DNA from: Thermoanaerobaculia bacterium
GTDB taxonomy: Bacteria > Acidobacteriota > Thermoanaerobaculia > UBA5066 > Gp7-AA6
Length of the DNA stretch: 64,000 bases
Assembly (NCBI GenBank): GCA_038229875.1
Contig: JBBROA010000002.1
Location: 1,713-65,712 of the forward strand
Reading direction: 5' to 3'
Numbering within the stretch: position 1 is the stretch's first letter; the number at the start of each line of letters is the position of its first letter. Positions 40,963 to 51,818 of the stretch are shown one piece after another. Made by a program: the position numbers and the translations under genes. The notes beneath the pieces were generated by a model that did no database searches, was not told where the DNA came from, and saw only the letters and a program-made list of their open reading frames with translations.

Positions 40963-41892
40963 TCAGCGGCGGTCGCCCCAGGATTCGCCCGCGAGGAAGC
41001 GCGACGTGATTCCGCCGTACGCGTCGATGCGGCGGTCGCGCAGAAACGGCCAGTTGCGGCGCACGTCTTCGATCCGTGCCGGGTTCACCTCCGCCATCAG
41101 GATTTCCTCACGATCCGCGGACGCCTGAGCGACGATCACTCCCTGAGGGTCCGCGATGAACGAGTTGCCCCAGAACTCGATTCCGGCGCCACCGCCCTCC
41201 GGGATCTCGTGGCCGACCCGGTTGGCGGCACCGACATAGAGGCCGTTAGCGATCGCGTGCCCTCTCTGGACGGTGCGCCAGGCGTCGAGCTGGGCGGCGC
41301 CCTGTTCGGCCTTCTCGTGCGGATGCCAGCCGATGGCGGTCGGATAGAAGAGCACGTCCGCTCCCTGGAGCGCCGCCATTCGCGCGCCCTCCGGATACCA
41401 CTGGTCCCAGCAGATCAGGGTCGAGATGCGGCCGGGGCCGACGTCGAAAGCGGGAAATCCGAGGTCCCCCGGCGTGAAGTAGAACTTCTCGTAGTACGCC
41501 GGATCGTCCGGGATGTGCATCTTCCGGTAGACGCCGGCGATCGAGCCGTCGGGCGCGATGATTGCCGCGCTGTTGTGGTACAGCCCCGCGGCCCGGCGCT
41601 CGAAAACGGGCGCCACGATGGCGACGTGCCCGCGCCGCGCCGCCTCGGAGAGTCGCGCCGTCGTGGGGCCCGGAAGGGGCTCCGCGAGGTCGAAAGTCGC
41701 GGCATCTTCTTTCTGGCAGAAGTACCTGGACCGGAAGAGCTCCGGAAGGCACACGACGGCGGCGCCCTGGCGCGCGGCCTCTTCAACCTTGAGAGCGCCC
41801 CGCTCGAGGTTCTCGTCCGGATCGGGCCCGCACGCCATCTGAACGAGCGCGATGCGGTAAGGCTTCTTCGCCGGGACGGCGGTCGTGGTCAC
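40963..41892 (-). CDS. aguB: N-carbamoylputrescine amidase (CN-hydrolase)
   Basis: RIALVQMA...VVCLPELF...CWDQWYPE carries the Glu-Lys-Cys nitrilase-fold triad. It is adjacent to aguA. Confidence 0.88.
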   Translation of the reverse strand: MTTTAVPAKKPYRIALVQMACGPDPDENLERGALKVEEAARQGAAVVCLPELFRSRYFCQKEDAATFDLAEPLPGPTTARLSEAARRGHVAIVAPVFERRAAGLYHNSAAIIAPDGSIAGVYRKMHIPDDPAYYEKFYFTPGDLGFPAFDVGPGRISTLICWDQWYPEGARMAALQGADVLFYPTAIGWHPHEKAEQGAAQLDAWRTVQRGHAIANGLYVGAANRVGHEIPEGGGAGIEFWGNSFIADPQGVIVAQASADREEILMAEVNPARIEDVRRNWPFLRDRRIDAYGGITSRFLAGESWGDRR

Positions 41893-41935
41893 GACCGAAT
41901 ACTACCGTCGCATCCGCCACGGCGGGCATGGCGCG

Positions 41936-41985
41936 CCACCTCCCTCCCCGCGCCCGGGGAGACGAGCGGGGTGAGGGGGCTCGGC
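41936..41985 (-). repeat. reverse-orientation fragment (copy D) of the structured repeat
   Basis: The reverse complement reads GAGCCCCCTCACCCCGCTCGTCTCCCCGGGCGCGGGGAGGGAGGTGG. This matches the 5' module of copy C, CGCCCCCTCACCCCGGCCCTCTCCCCCGGCGCGCGGGGAGAGGGAGCGG. Confidence 0.55.
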
Positions 41986-42013
41986 CCGCTCAGAATGCGA
42001 CAGTGAAACGGCG

Positions 42014-43309
42014 TCAGGGCGACCCCTTCATCACCCGCTCAACCTCCGCGAGCGACGGGTCGATCTCGATCGGGCGGTTCGCGCGTGCGGGAGGCGGATC
42101 CGTGTCCTGGTGGTAGCTCAGGATAGCGCCCGGGTCCTTCAGGATGTGCCCCGTGAGAACCGCCAGGACGCTCTCTCCCGGTCTGATCACGCCCTCTCCC
42201 ACCAGACGGCGCATTCCGGCAATCGAGGCCGCGCTCGCGGGCTCGCAGCCTATTCCGGCGGCATCCACTACGGCCTTCGCCTCCAGGATCTCCGCGTCGG
42301 CGACGTCCGTCACAACCCCTCCCGTCGAGCGGATCGCGGCGACGCCGCGGTCGTGCGACGCCGGGTCGCCGATGCGGATCGCGGTCGCGACAGTCTCGGC
42401 CTTCACGGGATGCGTCGCCGCGAAGCCGTCCCGGAAGCTCCTCGCGAACGGATTTGCGCCTTCGGCCTGCACCGCCGCAAGGCGCGGGACGCGGGAGATC
42501 AGGCCGAGATCCCGTGCTTGCGAGAGCGCCTTTCCGAAGGCGGACGTGTTTCCGAGATTGCCGGCGGGAAGCACGATCCAGTCGGGCGGCTCCCAGGAAA
42601 GCTGCTCGAGAGCTTCGAACACGATCGTCTTCTGCCCTTCGAGGCGGAAGGGGTTCACCGAGTTGACGAGATAGACACCCAGAGACTCGCTCGCCTGGAC
42701 TGCCAGCGCGAGGCACGCGTCGAAATCGCCGCGGACCACCAGCGTCCGCGCGCCGTACGCGAGCGTCTGTGCGAGCTTGCCGGTCGAGACCTGCCCCGCC
42801 GGGACGAAGACGAGCGCCGGAATCCCCGCGAGCGCCGCGTAGGCCGCGAGTGAAGCGGACGTGTTCCCCGTGGAGGCGCAGGCGACGGCCTTCGCCCCGA
42901 TGCGCCGCGCGACGGTCATTCCGACCGTCATGCCGCGGTCCTTGAAGGATCCGGTGGGATTGTGTCCCTCGTGCTTGATGGAGAGCTCGGCGACGCCCGC
43001 CCAGCGGGAGATCGCAAGGCTCCGCAGCAGCGGCGTGTTCCCTTCCGGGTGCGATACGACGTCGGCATCCGCTCCGGGCAGCACGAGCTCGCGATAGCGC
43101 CAGACCCCCGAAGCATCGAGGCCCCGCCGCGTCGCGGAACGCCCCGCGAAGAGCGCGGCAAGCTCCGCGCCGCGCTCTGCCGGCGTCGCGTGGCGGACCT
43201 CGAGAAGCCCGCCGCAGGAGGGACAGCGGGGTTTCGGATACGAGATCTCGATGTCGCGGCCCTCGCGCGGGCAGAACTGCCAGCTCGGACGGTCCGCGCC
43301 GACGGTCAC
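42014..43309 (-). CDS. thrC: threonine synthase
   Basis: PLP lysine motif HNPTGSFKDRGMTVG; 431 aa. Its ATGA start overlaps thrB. Confidence 0.9.
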   Translation of the reverse strand: MTVGADRPSWQFCPREGRDIEISYPKPRCPSCGGLLEVRHATPAERGAELAALFAGRSATRRGLDASGVWRYRELVLPGADADVVSHPEGNTPLLRSLAISRWAGVAELSIKHEGHNPTGSFKDRGMTVGMTVARRIGAKAVACASTGNTSASLAAYAALAGIPALVFVPAGQVSTGKLAQTLAYGARTLVVRGDFDACLALAVQASESLGVYLVNSVNPFRLEGQKTIVFEALEQLSWEPPDWIVLPAGNLGNTSAFGKALSQARDLGLISRVPRLAAVQAEGANPFARSFRDGFAATHPVKAETVATAIRIGDPASHDRGVAAIRSTGGVVTDVADAEILEAKAVVDAAGIGCEPASAASIAGMRRLVGEGVIRPGESVLAVLTGHILKDPGAILSYHQDTDPPPARANRPIEIDPSLAEVERVMKGSP

Positions 43310-44244
43310 GCAACCTCCGGAGACGTGAGCAGTCTCGCGCCCTCGCCGTCGACCGGCGTCACCCGCACCCGCGCGACGATTCCGCGCGCCGTGTACGCAT
43401 CCCGCATCGCGGCGGAGATCCGCTCCGCGCTCTCCGGCCCGTCCGCGAAGGCGAAGGCGGCCGGGCCGCTCCCCGAGATCGAGCAGCCGAACGCCCCCGC
43501 ATCGAGGGCGGCCGCCTTCGCCTCGACAAATCCCGGGAGAAGGGCCGCGCGGACGGGCTCCGCGATGCGGTCCTCGACCGAGCGCCGCAGCAGCGCGAAG
43601 TCTCCCGACGAGAGCGCGGCGACGAGAGCGCCGACGTTCGCGGCCTGCGAGATCGCGGTCTCCCGGCGGACCATATCGGGAAGCCGCGATCTCGCCTCCC
43701 CCGTCGAAAGCCGCTGCTCGGGCTCGGCAAGAACGACCAGCAGGCCGGGCGGCCAGCGGAGCGGCACCACGTCGGGCGGATCGAGCGACCGCACCAGGAC
43801 GACGCCCCCGAAAAGCGCGGGCGCGACGTTGTCGCCGTGGCGCCCGGAGACGGCTTCTTCCGCTTCGAGACAGGGCTCGAGCAGCTCTGCGCGCGAAAGG
43901 GGAGATCCGAGAAACGCGTTGACCGCGAACGCGGCGGCGACGGCAGATGCGGCGCTGCCGCCCTGTCCACCGGATAGAGGCAGCCCCTTCAGGACGTCGA
44001 GCGTGATTCCGGTTCCGTTCGCTCCCGCTTTCCGGCGCACGGCCGCCGCCGCGATCCCGGCCGTGTTGCCCTCGGGGTCGAGCGACAGCTCGAGATGTCC
44101 GGAGGTCCGGAGGACCAGGTCCCCTCCCGGCGCGGGAAACGCCGTGACCACGTCGCCCGCTCCGGAAAGCGCCAGGCCGAGGATGTCGAGGCCCGGGCCG
44201 ACGTTTGCCACGGTCCCTGGTGCGAAGGCCCGCGACACGTTCAT
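43306..44244 (-). CDS. thrB: homoserine kinase
   Basis: PLSGGQGGSAASAVAAAFA is the GHMP kinase motif. The stop overlaps the thrC start. Confidence 0.88.
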   Translation of the reverse strand: MNVSRAFAPGTVANVGPGLDILGLALSGAGDVVTAFPAPGGDLVLRTSGHLELSLDPEGNTAGIAAAAVRRKAGANGTGITLDVLKGLPLSGGQGGSAASAVAAAFAVNAFLGSPLSRAELLEPCLEAEEAVSGRHGDNVAPALFGGVVLVRSLDPPDVVPLRWPPGLLVVLAEPEQRLSTGEARSRLPDMVRRETAISQAANVGALVAALSSGDFALLRRSVEDRIAEPVRAALLPGFVEAKAAALDAGAFGCSISGSGPAAFAFADGPESAERISAAMRDAYTARGIVARVRVTPVDGEGARLLTSPEVA

Positions 44245-46760
44245 GCGCCGGCGAGCATAGCGACGTCGTTGAAGATCCCGCCTGCTGTGACCTCCAGGCC
44301 GGCGCCGGGCCCCTGGATGATCAGCGGATTGGAGCGGTAACGCGTGGTCGTGAACGCCACCTGGTTATCCGTGCCGGCGAGGCTCGCGAACGGCTCGCCG
44401 GGGGCGACCTCGACCAGCCCGACACGGATGCGGCGCCGCGTCACCGACGCGACATATCGCAGCACCCGGCCGCGAGAGCGAGCGGAGGCGACGCGCCGCT
44501 CCCATTCCGCGTCACCGGATCCGACCTGAGACAGGAACCGGGCGAGCGGCAGCCCGCGAGCGCGCGCGGGAACCAGGTTCTCGACCGGCACGGAGTCCGG
44601 CTCCCCCGCATAGCCGAGAAGGCGCCCCAGGATCAGCGCTTTTCTTCCGACGTCGGCGCCCGACAGGTCCTCCCGCGGGTCCGGCTCGGCATAGCCGCGC
44701 TGGATCGCCATCAGGAGCGACTCCGAGAACCGGCGGCCCTTGCCGACCTCCGTCAGCAGAAATCCGAGCGTCCCTGAAAGGCAGCCTTCGATCTTCAGCA
44801 CGCGGTCGCCCGACTCGACCAACTTGCGCCACGTGTCGAGGACCGGAAGTCCCGCTCCGACGGTCGCTTCGAAGCGCAGTCTCCGCCCGTTCCGCTCGAC
44901 CGCCGCGTGGACACCCCGCGCGTCCTCGCTGCGGCCCGCGAGCGGCCGCTTGTTCGCGAGCACCAGGTCGAAGCCGGCGCGCGCCGCTTCCTCGAGCAGC
45001 CCCGCCGTGTTTTCCGCCGTCACATCCACCAGGATCGGGCGTGAGAGCGCGTGCTCGGCGAGCGCGGCGATCGCGTGGCGAGCGGTGCGCCGCTCCCCCG
45101 CCGCCGCCACGGAGCCCGTTCGCGCCTTCGCCGAGACCAGCCGGGCGACCGCGGGCGCCGAGAAGCCGCCGGGCTGGAACCGGAGCCCGCCGCGGTCGAT
45201 CACCGCGACCAGGCGCAGGCGCTTTCCGCGCGTGGCGAGAAGACGCGCGAGCGTGCGGCCGACCTGACCGAACCCGAGCAGGACGACGTCGGCCCTCGAG
45301 TCTTCCGCGGCTGCGCCTCCCCCGATCTTCGAAAGCTGGAACGCCTCGTGAATCCGCCTCTGCGCATCCGCAGCCTGCGCCGACGACACCACGAATGAGA
45401 TGTTCAGCTCCGACGATCCCTGCGCGATGGCAACGACGTTGATCCCGGCGCGCGCGAGCGGGCTGAAGACACGGGCGGCGATCCCGGGAGTTCCCGCCAT
45501 GCCGAGCCCCACCACCGAGATCGTGGCGAGATCCGGCGAAACGTCCACGCGGTCGAGCTCGCCGCGCGCCAGCTCGCCGGAAAACGCCGCCTCGAGACTG
45601 TGCCGCGCGGCTTTCGCGTGCTCCGCCGGGACCGAGAGACAGATCGAGTGCTCGGAGGACGCCTGGGAGATGAGGGAAACCGAGATGCCTTCGTGCTGGA
45701 GAGCGGCGAAGGTCCGGGCCGCGATTCCGGGGACTCCGAGCATGCCGTTGCCGGTGACCGTCACGAGCGCCTGGGCGCTCATGGCCGAGATCGCCTTCAC
45801 GGGGTAGCCGGGAAGAGTGCGGCGCCGGGAAATCTCGGTCCCGCCCCGTTCGGGTTCGCCGAACGGGCGAACGAAAACCGGGACCCTGCGGCCGGCGAGC
45901 GGGATCAGGGCACGGGGCTGCAGGACCTTTGCGCCGTAATAGGCGAGCTCCGCCGCCTCCCGTACGTTCAACTGCGGGATCACACGCGCGTCGGAAACAA
46001 CCCTCGGATCCGCCGTCAGGAACCCGGGAACGTCCTTCCAGAGCAGGACGGCTCGGGCGCCGAGAGCCCGGCCGATCAGCGTGGCGGTCAGGTCGGACCC
46101 GCCGCGCCCGAGCGTCACCGGGCGGCCGTCCGAGCCGGTGCCGACGAAACCCGGAACGACCGGAGTCGTCCCCTTCGCAAGAAGCGGCCGGAGCCCCGCG
46201 CGAACCTTGCGGTCGGTCGAGGGGAGATCCGGGAATGCCTGCCCCGGACGCCCGTCGGTTGCGATCATCCCGACGGCGTCTACGTATTCGGCGACGATAC
46301 CGCGATCGGCGAGACCCGCCGCGAAGATCAGAGCCGCGAGTTGCTCGCCGCGTACGAGGATGTGGTCGACGCCGGACAGCGACAACTCGCGCAGAAATCG
46401 CGGCGCACCGACGAGCGCTTCGACCTCCGAGAAGGATCGGTCTATCTCTCCGAGGACCCGGCGTCGCGCCGCCGGATCGCGGACGACGAGCTTCGCGGCC
46501 GCCCGGTATCGCTCCCGCAGCGCCCGCGCGCGATCCTTGCCGGAGGAATCTCCGGACGACTCAGCGCGCGCGATCGCGAGGAGGGCGTCCGTGACGCCGG
46601 CAAAAGCCGAGACGACGACCACCGCAGGCCGGGACGCGCCCTGCACGAGGGTCAGGGCGTGCGCGAGGGCCTTTCCGTCGGCAAGCGAGGCGCCGCCGAA
46701 TTTGTGGACGGTCGGAGCGCCGGAGGATTTTGCCAAGATGCCGATTATGGCTGAGGGCAC
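44241..46760 (-). CDS. thrA: bifunctional aspartokinase / homoserine dehydrogenase
   Basis: VHKFGGASL kinase N-terminus, ACT regions, and a C-terminal NAD-binding LLGFGQVGRT with the HSD catalytic domain. 839 aa. Confidence 0.9.
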   Translation of the reverse strand: MPSAIIGILAKSSGAPTVHKFGGASLADGKALAHALTLVQGASRPAVVVVSAFAGVTDALLAIARAESSGDSSGKDRARALRERYRAAAKLVVRDPAARRRVLGEIDRSFSEVEALVGAPRFLRELSLSGVDHILVRGEQLAALIFAAGLADRGIVAEYVDAVGMIATDGRPGQAFPDLPSTDRKVRAGLRPLLAKGTTPVVPGFVGTGSDGRPVTLGRGGSDLTATLIGRALGARAVLLWKDVPGFLTADPRVVSDARVIPQLNVREAAELAYYGAKVLQPRALIPLAGRRVPVFVRPFGEPERGGTEISRRRTLPGYPVKAISAMSAQALVTVTGNGMLGVPGIAARTFAALQHEGISVSLISQASSEHSICLSVPAEHAKAARHSLEAAFSGELARGELDRVDVSPDLATISVVGLGMAGTPGIAARVFSPLARAGINVVAIAQGSSELNISFVVSSAQAADAQRRIHEAFQLSKIGGGAAAEDSRADVVLLGFGQVGRTLARLLATRGKRLRLVAVIDRGGLRFQPGGFSAPAVARLVSAKARTGSVAAAGERRTARHAIAALAEHALSRPILVDVTAENTAGLLEEAARAGFDLVLANKRPLAGRSEDARGVHAAVERNGRRLRFEATVGAGLPVLDTWRKLVESGDRVLKIEGCLSGTLGFLLTEVGKGRRFSESLLMAIQRGYAEPDPREDLSGADVGRKALILGRLLGYAGEPDSVPVENLVPARARGLPLARFLSQVGSGDAEWERRVASARSRGRVLRYVASVTRRRIRVGLVEVAPGEPFASLAGTDNQVAFTTTRYRSNPLIIQGPGAGLEVTAGGIFNDVAMLAGA

Positions 46761-46824
46761 CCGGGTTTACGCGAGTTGCAACCGGCGTCTGTGACGAGTC
46801 CTGTCAGGCCTGATTCGCCGCCCC

Positions 46825-46922
46825 CTCACCCCGGCCCTCTCCCCCGGCGCGCGGGGAGAGGGAGCGGAAGGGAGCAGCGAGCGGAGCCGCCCTTGCGCCT
46901 CAGGGAGTGAGCGGAGGCGACG
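46825..46922 (+). repeat. structured dispersed repeat, short copy C (about 98 bp)
   Basis: CCCTCTCCCCCGGCGCGCGGGGAGAGGG forms a perfect 10-bp-stem hairpin. The 3' end GAGTGAGCGGAGGCGACG is shared with copies A and B and supplies the last 8 codons plus the stop of the tautomerase gene. Confidence 0.7.
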
Positions 46923-47298
46923 CGTAGGACGCGAGTCCCTTCCCGAACGACCAGTTCTCCTTCGGCACTTCGACGAGCGTCACCAGGATGTCCTCCGGCC
47001 GGACGCCCGGATCGGCCGCCAGGTTCTCGGCAATCGCCGCGTAGAGCGCGCGCTTTTTTTCGAGCGTTCGCCCGGCGTTCAGCGTGATCTGAATGACGAG
47101 GAACCCCGCGCCTCTCGCGATCCCGAGATAGCCCGGGTCGTAGATCAGCTCGTCTTCCTCGTGTTCCGAAAAGATCTGAAAGCGGTCGTCCGGCGGGACG
47201 TCGATCGTCTTGACCATCGCCCGGTGGATACCGTCTCCGACGGCGGCGCGGAAGGCGGAAGGCTGTCCTTCGCGAATCGAAACTCGGACCAGCGGCAT
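46900..47298 (-). CDS. tautomerase-superfamily protein (N-terminal Pro1)
   Basis: MPLVRVSIREGQ...; about 130 aa. It resembles a 4-oxalocrotonate tautomerase-like tandem fold. Confidence 0.68.
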   Translation of the reverse strand: MPLVRVSIREGQPSAFRAAVGDGIHRAMVKTIDVPPDDRFQIFSEHEEDELIYDPGYLGIARGAGFLVIQITLNAGRTLEKKRALYAAIAENLAADPGVRPEDILVTLVEVPKENWSFGKGLASYASPPLTP

Positions 47299-47347
47299 CG
47301 GCTACCCTCCTGTCGGAGCCGGTCTCCGGCTCGGGGGGCAACTTACA

Positions 47348-47381
47348 CCCGGGACGAGAGCACGCGTGCTCTCGTCCCGGG
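47348..47381. terminator. perfect 34-bp palindrome CCCGGGACGAGAGCACG|CGTGCTCTCGTCCCGGG
   Basis: Two 17-nt arms with zero mismatches. It lies about 14 nt after the stop of the small membrane-protein gene and about 50 nt upstream of the tautomerase start. Confidence 0.4.
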
Positions 47382-47393
47382 AAGTTCGCCGAT

Positions 47394-47630
47394 TCAGTCG
47401 AGCTGCAGGTCCAGGTTGTCCCGGTCCGCATCCGCTGCCAGGGAAGGCCCGCTGTCGGGGGAGGCGGCGGCGCTCGCGGAAGACGTCTCGGGGGTCGCGG
47501 GAGCGTTCGAGGACGTTCCTCCCATCGTGAGCAGCGCCGAGCCAATCAGCGTGATGCCCATCGCGACGCCCATCCACCCTTCGCTCCAGGAACTCCGGCT
47601 CTTCACCACGTGCAGCTTCGTGTCCGTCAT
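47394..47630 (-). CDS. small single-pass membrane protein (78 aa)
   Basis: AAGGAGG Shine-Dalgarno 5 nt before the ATG (MTDTKLHVVKSRSSWSEGWMGVAMGITLIGSALLTMGG...). A candidate sigma54 promoter lies upstream. Confidence 0.45.
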   Translation of the reverse strand: MTDTKLHVVKSRSSWSEGWMGVAMGITLIGSALLTMGGTSSNAPATPETSSASAAASPDSGPSLAADADRDNLDLQLD

Positions 47631-47664
47631 GACCGCCTCCTTGTATTGGCCCACGCAGGGAGAG

Positions 47665-47686
47665 AGAGCAAGCGAAGGACCACAGG
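47665..47686 (-). promoter_or_regulatory. candidate sigma54 (-24/-12) promoter
   Basis: The minus strand reads TGTGGTCCTTCGCTTGC. The GG and GC doublets have the canonical 12-nt offset (compare TGGCACG-N4-TTGC). It lies about 38 nt upstream of the small-gene ATG, directly downstream of an NtrC-family activator gene. Confidence 0.35.
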
Positions 47687-47812
47687 ATTCCGCAGGAAGC
47701 CGTTTGAATCATCCGGTCTGTTTCCAGAGACTTCGCTCGTCTGGCTGCCCGAAGGGCCACGCGCCTGTCCGGATTCCGGACGACACCATTCCAGTTTCTG
47801 GACGACGCGCGA

Positions 47813-49179
<1,367 letters not shown>

Positions 49180-49183
<4 letters not shown>

Positions 49184-50553
49184 CGGGCAGGAAATGAAAC
49201 GCCCCGGAGGGAGGCGTCGAGAATCTCGATCGGGTGCGCGGCACGGATCTCACTCCCCTGCTCCCTCAAGATCTTCTGGATCTGAAGCGTGCACCCGGGG
49301 TTCGCGCTCGCGAGAAGGTCGGCTCCCGTGGAAAGCACGTTCGCCGCCTTGCGCCGGCCGATCTCGTCCGCGCTCGCGGGCTCCGTCAGGTTGTAGATCC
49401 CGGCGCTTCCGCAGCACTGGTCGCCCTCCGGGATTTCCAGGATCTCGAGACCCGGGATTCCCCGGAGGAGATCCCGCGGCTGATCGCGGACGCGCTGCGC
49501 ATGCGCGAGATGGCAGGCGTCGTGGTACGCGACGCGCATCGGACGGGGGTGCCGCGGCGCCGCGGGGCCGAGGGCCGCCAGGAACTCCGAGACGTCGCGC
49601 ACGCGCGAGGAAAACGCCGCCGCGCGCTCCGCCCACGAGCGATCCCCCGCGAAAAGGCGGCCGTAGTCCTTCAGGTGCGAGCCGCAACCCGCCGCGTTCA
49701 CGATGATCGCGTCGAGGTTCCGGTTCTCGAAGTGCGCGATCAGGCCGCGAGCGAACGCGAGCGCTTCGCCGTCTCGACCGGCGTGCATCGACAGCGCGCC
49801 GCAGCAGCCCTGCCACTTCGGGACCGACACGTCGCACCCCTCGGCGGAGAGCGCGCGAACTGTCGCCTGGTTCACCTCGGGAAAGAAGACACGCTGCACG
49901 CAGCCGGCGACCAGACCGACGCGGGCGCGCACCGGCGCGGCGGCGGCGGTCTTCTCCGGCAGATCCGAGGAGGCAACGCCCTCCCGGACCGGCGGCATCA
50001 GCGCCTCGAGTTGCGCGAGCCGCCGCGGGAGGATCGTGAGCAGGCCCGAAGCGTGGACGAGCCGCTGGAGCCCGACGGCCGAGTAGAGCGCGAGCAGCCT
50101 CCGGACCACCTTCAGACGCGCCGGGTACGGGAACAGCAGAAAAAGCGACCCGCGGTAGAGACGATCGCCGATCGGGCGGCGGTATTCCTTCTCGATCGCG
50201 GCGCGGGTCTCCTCGATCAGGACGTCGTAGCGCACTCCGGAGGGGCAGGCCGTCAGGCACCCCATGCACCCGAGGCAGCGATCGAAATGCGCCACGACGG
50301 TGTCGGTGAACGTGAGCTTCCCTTCCGCGAGCCCGCGCATCAGGTCGATGCGCCCCCGGGGCGAGTCCATCTCCTCGCTCCACGAGTTGTAGGTCGGGCA
50401 CGCGGGCAGGCAGAACCCGCAGTGGACGCAATCGTCGATCAGAGTGCGGGCGCCGGTTCGGGGGGGCGCGCCCTCTTCCGTCCCGGGCTGGAGACCGTGC
50501 GGTCCGCTTTCCACGACCACGCTACAACCCTCCGACGAAGCGGCCGGGAGCAA
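49180..50553 (-). CDS. glcF: glycolate oxidase iron-sulfur subunit
   Basis: CVHCGFCLPACPTY and CLGCMGCLTACPSG are two 4Fe-4S motifs. Cys-rich CCG domains follow. TTG start. Confidence 0.88.
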
Positions 50554-51721
50554 GGCGCCGGTCCGGGTCGAGGCGCGCCTTCATGGACTGCTGGAGCGGC
50601 CAGGACGCGGACCGCTCTCCCCAGACGTCGACGCGGGACCGGATCGAGGCGGGGGCTGCCTGCAGCGTGAGCGATCCGCCGAGTCCCGTGAGGACGGACC
50701 TCGCGGAGAGAAGCGCCGAGGCGGCGAGCTCGCTGCTCTCGGGGCCGGCGTCTCCGCCGAGGAAGCCGATTCCGAGAGTCGGATACCAGACGGCGCCGCC
50801 GCTCTCGAGGGCGTCCAAGACCTTCGGCACGACCTCCGCCGAGACGGCCTCGACTTCGGAGCGGGGCGCCGTCATCTTCGCGCGAACGGATTGGAGGCCG
50901 CGCACCGAGTCGTGCCGCGACTCGAACGCCGCGCGGGCGGCGGCGTCGACGATCTCGGCGCGCGCGCCCGATTTCATGAGTGCGAGGAAACGCTCGCGCT
51001 GCTGATCGACTCCCGCGGCGAACCCTTCGAACCGGACTCCGAGGTCGAAGACTCCGGGCCCCGACAGGATCGCGACGGCGGACGCGGGCTCCAGCTGCGC
51101 GCGGCGCATCTCGCGGACGACGTTCCTGAGGAGCGCGGCGGAGCAGCCCGGGACCTCGACCATCGCCGAGCTCTCCGGAAGCGGATGGAGCCGAAAAGTC
51201 ACCGTCGTGATGAGTCCCAGCGTGCCAAGTGAGCCGACCATGAGTTTCGGGATGTCGAAGCCAGCGACGTTCTTCACGACCTTCCCGCCGCCCCGCGAAA
51301 GGGTACCGTCGGAGCGCACGATCGAGACGCCGATGATGAGGTCGCGGATCGAGCCGTACCGCGCGCGCAGGGGTCCGAACGCGTTTCCCGCGACGAGGCC
51401 TCCGAGCGTTGCGCGCTCGGGCCACGGCGGGTCGAGGGCGAGCCTCTGTCCGTGCGCGCCGGCCACCCTCTGCAGGACCCCCAGCGGGACCCCCGCCTCA
51501 GCGACGACGATCTGATCCGACGGCGCGTGCTCGAGAATCCGCCCGAGCCCCCCGGTGCGGAGAACCGCGTCGATACCCTCGGCCGGGTGCCCGGAGTCGA
51601 GGTCCGTGCCGCCCCCGACGAAGAGGAGCCTCGCCGCGTCGCGCGCGCACTGCGCCATGACCTCCGCCGCCTCTTCGACGCTGTCTGGGGAAAAGACGAG
51701 CTTCGGCCGAGCGCCGAGCAC
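50522..51721 (-). CDS. glcE: glycolate oxidase FAD-binding subunit (start approximate: first canonical in-frame start after the glcD stop is GTG at 51721)
   Basis: FAD-binding PCMH domain (LLFVGGGTDLDSG...GGLVAGNAFGP...VKNVAGFDIPKLMVGSLGTLG). It lies between glcD and glcF. Confidence 0.72.
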   Translation of the reverse strand: MLGARPKLVFSPDSVEEAAEVMAQCARDAARLLFVGGGTDLDSGHPAEGIDAVLRTGGLGRILEHAPSDQIVVAEAGVPLGVLQRVAGAHGQRLALDPPWPERATLGGLVAGNAFGPLRARYGSIRDLIIGVSIVRSDGTLSRGGGKVVKNVAGFDIPKLMVGSLGTLGLITTVTFRLHPLPESSAMVEVPGCSAALLRNVVREMRRAQLEPASAVAILSGPGVFDLGVRFEGFAAGVDQQRERFLALMKSGARAEIVDAAARAAFESRHDSVRGLQSVRAKMTAPRSEVEAVSAEVVPKVLDALESGGAVWYPTLGIGFLGGDAGPESSELAASALLSARSVLTGLGGSLTLQAAPASIRSRVDVWGERSASWPLQQSMKARLDPDRRLAPGRFVGGL

Positions 51722-51818
51722 CGCGTCACTTTCGCGCCCTTCTCGAACAGTCAGATTCAGAGGAAGCTCCTCGGCTCCGAGACGCTCGCCGCGGAACGCT
51801 GAACGCTCAACCCTATTC

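Noticed and set aside
42039-43313. 424-aa minus-strand ORF
   Set aside because: A +1 frame of thrC. The thrC frame itself carries the PLP-lysine motif.
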